From NCBI GenBank assembly GCA_963816185.1, contig CAWFJJ010000029.1:384001-448000 (forward strand): a stretch of DNA of 64,000 nucleotides. The letters run 5' to 3'. The notes under the pieces are model-generated. The model worked only from the letters and a program-made list of their open reading frames with translations, was not told where the DNA came from and made no database searches. This DNA comes from Thermoanaerobaculia bacterium (GTDB lineage: Bacteria > Acidobacteriota > Thermoanaerobaculia > UBA5066). Made by a program: the position numbers and the translations under genes. Below are positions 59,517-64,000 of this stretch, piece by piece (within the stretch, counting starts at the first letter, position 1; each line of letters starts with the position of its first letter).

Positions 59517-60641
59517 ATGCGCCTAAGCGTGTCAAGAAAGCGCTGGACCTATCTCGCCGCCGCGGTGGCCGGGACCTTCCTCATTGGTTCGGCGCTCCTG
59601 ATTGGTGCGAAAGCGTTCGCCCCGCGCCCCGCCCCGCGCCCGGTCGTGCTTGCAAAGTACCGCGACGTCCGTGCGACGCTTCGGCTGTCGGGACGCGTCA
59701 AACCTCGAAAAGTCGCGGACGTGAAGTCGCCGGTATCAGGCAGACTAGTGAGGTTCCTAGTAGACGAAGGAATGACTGTTCGCCTGGGCGACGCGATTGC
59801 GGTGATTGAACCGGACCAAACACAGGCGCTCCTGATGGAGCAAGTCCGCGTGGACGTCCGATTGAAGCGCCTGACTCTGGAGCAGGCCGAGCGCAGCTAC
59901 CAACGACTAGAGAGCTTGGGGGCTAGTGGCCTGGCTACTGCGGCCGATGTCGAGACCGCCCGCATCAGTTTCGACTCCGCGAGGGAGACGTTGGCCCTGG
60001 CGACTGCGCAGATGGCGATTCTGGAGCGCCAGACTCCCCAGAGTACGAATGCTTCAATAGGAGGCTTTCACGTCCTCGCGCCGGTATCAGGCACAGCCCT
60101 CCTTCAGCAGGTATCGCCTGGCGAGACGATTCTCGCGGGCACTGACGGATTGACTAGTGGCGGTACCGTCCTGATGCGCATAGCCGATCTTTCCGAATAT
60201 ACCGTGCGAATCGATATAAACCAGATCGACGTTCTGCGGTTGCGCGTGGGCATGCGTGCCGAGGTTCGCCCAGCCGGTCATCCCGGCGTGCTCCTCAAGG
60301 GGCACGTAACGCACGTGGGCGTTGAGGGCACTACCAGCCAAAACCTCACTACCTATCGCGGCGCAATTGCACTTGACGAGCACGTTCCGCTGTTACCGGA
60401 AATGAGCTGCGATGTCGACGTCCTATTCGCGGACCGGCCAGGCGTGATTGCCATTCCCCGAGCGGCGCTAATTCGAAACGCGAACGGTACGTTCGTATTA
60501 AAACAGGGCGCTGCAAGATCGACGCCTGTCTCCGTTGGCCTCGAAGGTGACGAGTTCGTCGAGATTACCGCCGGTGTTAACGCCGGTGATAACCTTACGA
60601 TCGTCGCAGGTGGACTCAGTCCTGAACGGGCCGAACCATGA
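59517..60641 (+). CDS. MacA-like periplasmic adaptor (efflux MFP)
   Basis: N-terminal TM, VKSPVSG..VDEG..V..GD, coiled hairpin, APVSG, IPRAA..GL.GD..EI..G. Confidence 0.85.
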   Translation: MRLSVSRKRWTYLAAAVAGTFLIGSALLIGAKAFAPRPAPRPVVLAKYRDVRATLRLSGRVKPRKVADVKSPVSGRLVRFLVDEGMTVRLGDAIAVIEPDQTQALLMEQVRVDVRLKRLTLEQAERSYQRLESLGASGLATAADVETARISFDSARETLALATAQMAILERQTPQSTNASIGGFHVLAPVSGTALLQQVSPGETILAGTDGLTSGGTVLMRIADLSEYTVRIDINQIDVLRLRVGMRAEVRPAGHPGVLLKGHVTHVGVEGTTSQNLTTYRGAIALDEHVPLLPEMSCDVDVLFADRPGVIAIPRAALIRNANGTFVLKQGAARSTPVSVGLEGDEFVEITAGVNAGDNLTIVAGGLSPERAEP

Positions 60642-61894
60642 TCGTTCTCGCGGTTCTCGAGGCAACGGTGGAAATGCGGCGGCATCCCCTTCGGACGCTG
60701 CTGACGTTGTCTGGAGTTATCATCGCGATAAGCACTGTTGTTGGCGTGGGTTCCATGCTCGGCTCGGCGCAGCGCCTCATCGGGCGTGTGCTATCCGAGA
60801 CCGCCGGTTTGCGGAACATCACGATCACCTACAGGGAACAGCGCCGTCAAAAGGGTCGGTGGGTGCAGGCCCGGCTACCAAACCCCCTTTCTCTGGGGGA
60901 CTCGGCGGCGGTTCGCGAAAGCCTGGGTCAACAGGTAGAACGCACGTCTTTGCAGGCAACGCTATCGGCGGTGATGACCCGCTCTGGGGCGATCGCGCGC
61001 GACGCGCGGGTATTGGCTGTCGAGCCGGAGTACTTTGAAATGTTCAATCGTCGCCTTTTAGCAGGCCGCCTCCTCGGCGCGGCAGATGTCAACGGGGCGA
61101 ACCTCGTCGCCGTCATTGGTGAACACGCTGCCAAGGCGTTTTTCGGCGGCGACGAGGTCGCAGGGGCGGAAGTGCGTTTGAACGACACGCGAGTCCTCGC
61201 TGTCGGCGTAGTCAGCGACGGTATGCTTGGAGAGGGGGAGGCCATTGACGTCTTCTTGCCGATATCGGCAGCCCGGTTTCGGTTTCCGACGCCGTCGGGC
61301 CGGACCGCCCCGACGTTTTTGCATGTGCAGACTGCCGAAGATGTCGATGTCGAGAGCTTCAAGACTACAGTGCTGGCGACAATTCTCGATCGCCATCCCG
61401 AATATGGCCGTGAGGACTTCGATATTTTGACAGCAGAGCGAGATCGGCGGCAAGCAGAGGATGCGATGGTTCTGATCGCGTTACTCTTCTCCGTCATCGC
61501 GGGTCTTTGCTTGCTTACCGGTGGTGTCGGCATAATGAACGTGCTGCTAGCAGCAGTCGTGGAGCGCACGCGGGATATTGGGATTCGCCGGGCGCTCGGA
61601 GCTCGCGCGCGCGATATCTTTCGGCAGGTTTTAGTTGAGTCCCTTTGTCTGACCGGTCTAGGGGGACTTTTCGGAATCGGCCTAGGCTATCTTCTAGGGC
61701 ATGCGTTAGCGGGCATTCTCAATTTAGTCATGAAGCTCGGCGAGGACACGCCATTTCGACTCACACCCGCACTCGATTCGCGAATCCTTGTCTTGGCCGT
61801 CGTTACGAGTTTGTCTGTCGGAGTATTCTTTGGCTTGTATCCCGCGATTCGAGCGAGTCGCATGGAGCCGGCCGAGGCACTTAGGGTTGAATAG
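60638..61894 (+). CDS. MacB/FtsX-type ABC permease (no fused ATPase)
   Basis: RTLLTLSGVIIAI, GGVGIMN..V.ERT.DIGIRRALGA, FGLYPA.RA..P.EALR.E. Confidence 0.9.
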   Translation: MIVLAVLEATVEMRRHPLRTLLTLSGVIIAISTVVGVGSMLGSAQRLIGRVLSETAGLRNITITYREQRRQKGRWVQARLPNPLSLGDSAAVRESLGQQVERTSLQATLSAVMTRSGAIARDARVLAVEPEYFEMFNRRLLAGRLLGAADVNGANLVAVIGEHAAKAFFGGDEVAGAEVRLNDTRVLAVGVVSDGMLGEGEAIDVFLPISAARFRFPTPSGRTAPTFLHVQTAEDVDVESFKTTVLATILDRHPEYGREDFDILTAERDRRQAEDAMVLIALLFSVIAGLCLLTGGVGIMNVLLAAVVERTRDIGIRRALGARARDIFRQVLVESLCLTGLGGLFGIGLGYLLGHALAGILNLVMKLGEDTPFRLTPALDSRILVLAVVTSLSVGVFFGLYPAIRASRMEPAEALRVE

Positions 61895-64000
61895 ACGGCG
61901 ACGGACCCGAACGCCCACCATTAGGGTGTTGCCTCGCTCCCTCCAGTGGGATGCATTGGGGGTTGCCGAACGCCTTTCGCTTTTGCGGGTCAGGAGAATA
62001 CGATCGGCTGCGACGTTACAATCGATTCGCGCCGCACGCGAGATGATCGAGCGTGCGTTGCCCGTCGATTCTCGCGCTGCGGTCGCCGGATGGCTTGCAA
62101 GCGAAGGCGTGCCCGAGAACGACTTTCCTGCTGCACTTCGGTATCCGAAACGATTGGCCTCTCTTTCTTTCAAGCCAAATCTTTGGCAGGACCTTCTCCT
62201 GCACGTTCTAGACCCATCGTTCATCCGCGCGGGTTTCAGCGACCAGCCTGCGGAGCCCAGAGATGGCGTGTTTTGTCTCTTGCGGCCGTTTACCTTTTGG
62301 GCTCGGCAGGAATTGCTTGATCCCGCATTCGCCTGGCCACGGGTATGGGTCCGTGATCGCGTGGCCCCCTGTCTCATTAACCTTCTTCTTCGCCGACTCG
62401 TCCAAAGCAGTCGTCGCACCCTTTACCTGGCGATCAATGTTGATCGCATGAACGGAGTCTTGCTGGGTAGCGCACCGGAGGAGCGGCTCGCCTCTTTTCG
62501 CCGGCGCTATTCGGCGGACCCCGCGCGGCTCCGAAGGCTCTTCCTTCGCTATCCCGTACTGAGTCGTCTCCTCGCCGTGCTTTGTCTGAGCTGGCGACGG
62601 AACATCACAGCGTTGATAACCGCATATCAGCGCGACCGAAAAGAGTGCGTGAGCAAAATACTGGAGGGGCGTGACCCGGGCAACGTTACCGGAATTTACG
62701 CCCTCGGTTCAGACCCTCACAACCACGGGGCAGAGGTTCTGCTACTTGTGCACGAGGCGGGCAAGTTAATCTTCAAACCCAGAAGCCTCGAGGTCGACCA
62801 GGCGTTTCAGAAGGTGGTAGAGTGGCTTAACAGTCAGGGCGTATCGCCCCAGCTACGACCCCTGCGGGTGGTCACCAACAAGTCGCGGGGATGGATGGAG
62901 TACGTCGAACACGACGGAACCGATGCCGCTGGCGCAGAGCGTTTCTATTTTCGTCAGGGCGTCTATTTGGCGCTGCTGCACTTATTATACGCGACCGACC
63001 TGCACGCAGAGAATCTAATCGCTGCCGGCGAGCACCCATATCTCATCGACCTCGAGGCAGTTCTTCATGCGAGACCGGAACTCGGCCGAATACCTGGCCT
63101 TGCTGAGAGAGCTCTCGCAGAATCTGTTATGCGGGTGGGTCTGCTTCCAAGCTGGTTCGCGTCTGCGGCTGATCGACCGGGCGTCGACATTAGTGGCCTC
63201 GGCAATCCGGAGGGGCAGCACTACGGACGTGACGCTGACAGCATCGATGACACCGTAGCCGACGAGCCTAGAATTGTTAGACGCCGCGTGGCCGTTGACG
63301 TCAAGAAGAACCGAGCGGCTGTTGGCGGGGTGCCAGCGGACGTGTGTGACTATGAGGGCGCCTTGGTCGCGGGCTTTCAAAGTGCCGCGGCATTGGTGCT
63401 TTCGAAGAAGGATGAGTTTCTCGCGGTTCTCGAAACATTTCAAGAGGTGGAGGTAAGACAGGTTCTGCGACCGACTATCTTTTATGCAGACGCGTTGTCA
63501 AAGGCCGCACACCCGGATTACCTCCGTGACGGCGTCGCGCAGGATCTATTCTACTCGAGACTCTGGGTTATCGGGCTTCATCAAGACATGTATAAGCGCA
63601 TAGCGCTAGCTGAGTTGAGGGATCTGCGCGAGGGAGACGTTCCGAAGTTTACGACGACGCCTACTTCAATGGACCTTCGAGACAGCACGGGCGCTGTCAT
63701 CAAGGCGTACAATTCGGTCCCGGCGATGCAACGGGCAAGGGCTCGGATAGTCGCTCTCACAAGTGGAGATATCGCTCGCCAGGTGACCATCATTCACAGC
63801 TCTCTAGTCGGACTGCGACAGGCCTCTAGCCGCACGACGCAGAAACGTAGCACGCCGGGGCCTAGGGAATCGCTTGATCCCGGCAGCGGTGTGCTGCCGG
63901 CTGAGGCCTTCGTCGCTGAGGCGGTAGCAATCGGACGGGAACTGGTTTCGCTGGCGATTGAGGAAGATGGAGTTGTAGATTGGCTGACCCTGAAGGAAAC
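61887..64000 (+). CDS. lanM: Class II lanthipeptide synthetase, N-terminal dehydratase (DUF4135), truncated by window
   Basis: Manual translation from TTG 61887 or GTG 61926: YPVLSRLL, SDPHNHG, IFKPRSL, GWMEY, FYFRQG, TDLHAENLIA.GEHPILIDLE, R.VLRPT..Y, GDVP.F. Absent from the ORF track, consistent with no stop before base 64000. Confidence 0.9.
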   Translation, partial: MNRRRRTRTPTIRVLPRSLQWDALGVAERLSLLRVRRIRSAATLQSIRAAREMIERALPVDSRAAVAGWLASEGVPENDFPAALRYPKRLASLSFKPNLWQDLLLHVLDPSFIRAGFSDQPAEPRDGVFCLLRPFTFWARQELLDPAFAWPRVWVRDRVAPCLINLLLRRLVQSSRRTLYLAINVDRMNGVLLGSAPEERLASFRRRYSADPARLRRLFLRYPVLSRLLAVLCLSWRRNITALITAYQRDRKECVSKILEGRDPGNVTGIYALGSDPHNHGAEVLLLVHEAGKLIFKPRSLEVDQAFQKVVEWLNSQGVSPQLRPLRVVTNKSRGWMEYVEHDGTDAAGAERFYFRQGVYLALLHLLYATDLHAENLIAAGEHPYLIDLEAVLHARPELGRIPGLAERALAESVMRVGLLPSWFASAADRPGVDISGLGNPEGQHYGRDADSIDDTVADEPRIVRRRVAVDVKKNRAAVGGVPADVCDYEGALVAGFQSAAALVLSKKDEFLAVLETFQEVEVRQVLRPTIFYADALSKAAHPDYLRDGVAQDLFYSRLWVIGLHQDMYKRIALAELRDLREGDVPKFTTTPTSMDLRDSTGAVIKAYNSVPAMQRARARIVALTSGDIARQVTIIHSSLVGLRQASSRTTQKRSTPGPRESLDPGSGVLPAEAFVAEAVAIGRELVSLAIEEDGVVDWLTLKE

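Overview
High-GC (roughly 69% by eye) bacterial chromosome window. Gene content suggests an Acidobacteriota/Thermoanaerobaculia-like organism (inference). Bases 1-40416 are mostly core genome: PPi-type pfk (5' truncated), chrB/MFS/chrA, tRNA-fMet, a BCP peroxiredoxin with an in-frame TGA at the catalytic Cys plus a SECIS-like hairpin (selenoprotein), amtB-glnK-porin-NifA-like activator, class I fumarase, helicase, ftsB-eno-pgm, thyX, iscS, a HAMP-Ser/Thr kinase, udk, tyrS-tyrA, gluQ and tRNA-Asn. Just after tRNA-Asn lies a ~13 kb integrated element bracketed by ~230-bp multi-block inverted ends (40671-40902 and 53598-53826). Its backbone is heavily frameshifted: DUF2924, large serine recombinase, ParB-DNA methylase, TerS-like gene and a split terminase with two stand-alone nuclease domains, with no portal or capsid. 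Its cargo is intact and defence-like: a Ser/Thr kinase, a DUF2130 nuclease plus ParB-like pair behind an AAGGAC operator array, and a DUF3800-like plus AbiJ/HEPN pair between direct repeats. Gene scraps and pilT follow, then a lower-GC class II lanthipeptide cluster (C39-ABC exporter, MacA/MacB-like genes, lanM running off the end and absent from the ORF track). Family names come from motif recognition, not database searches.
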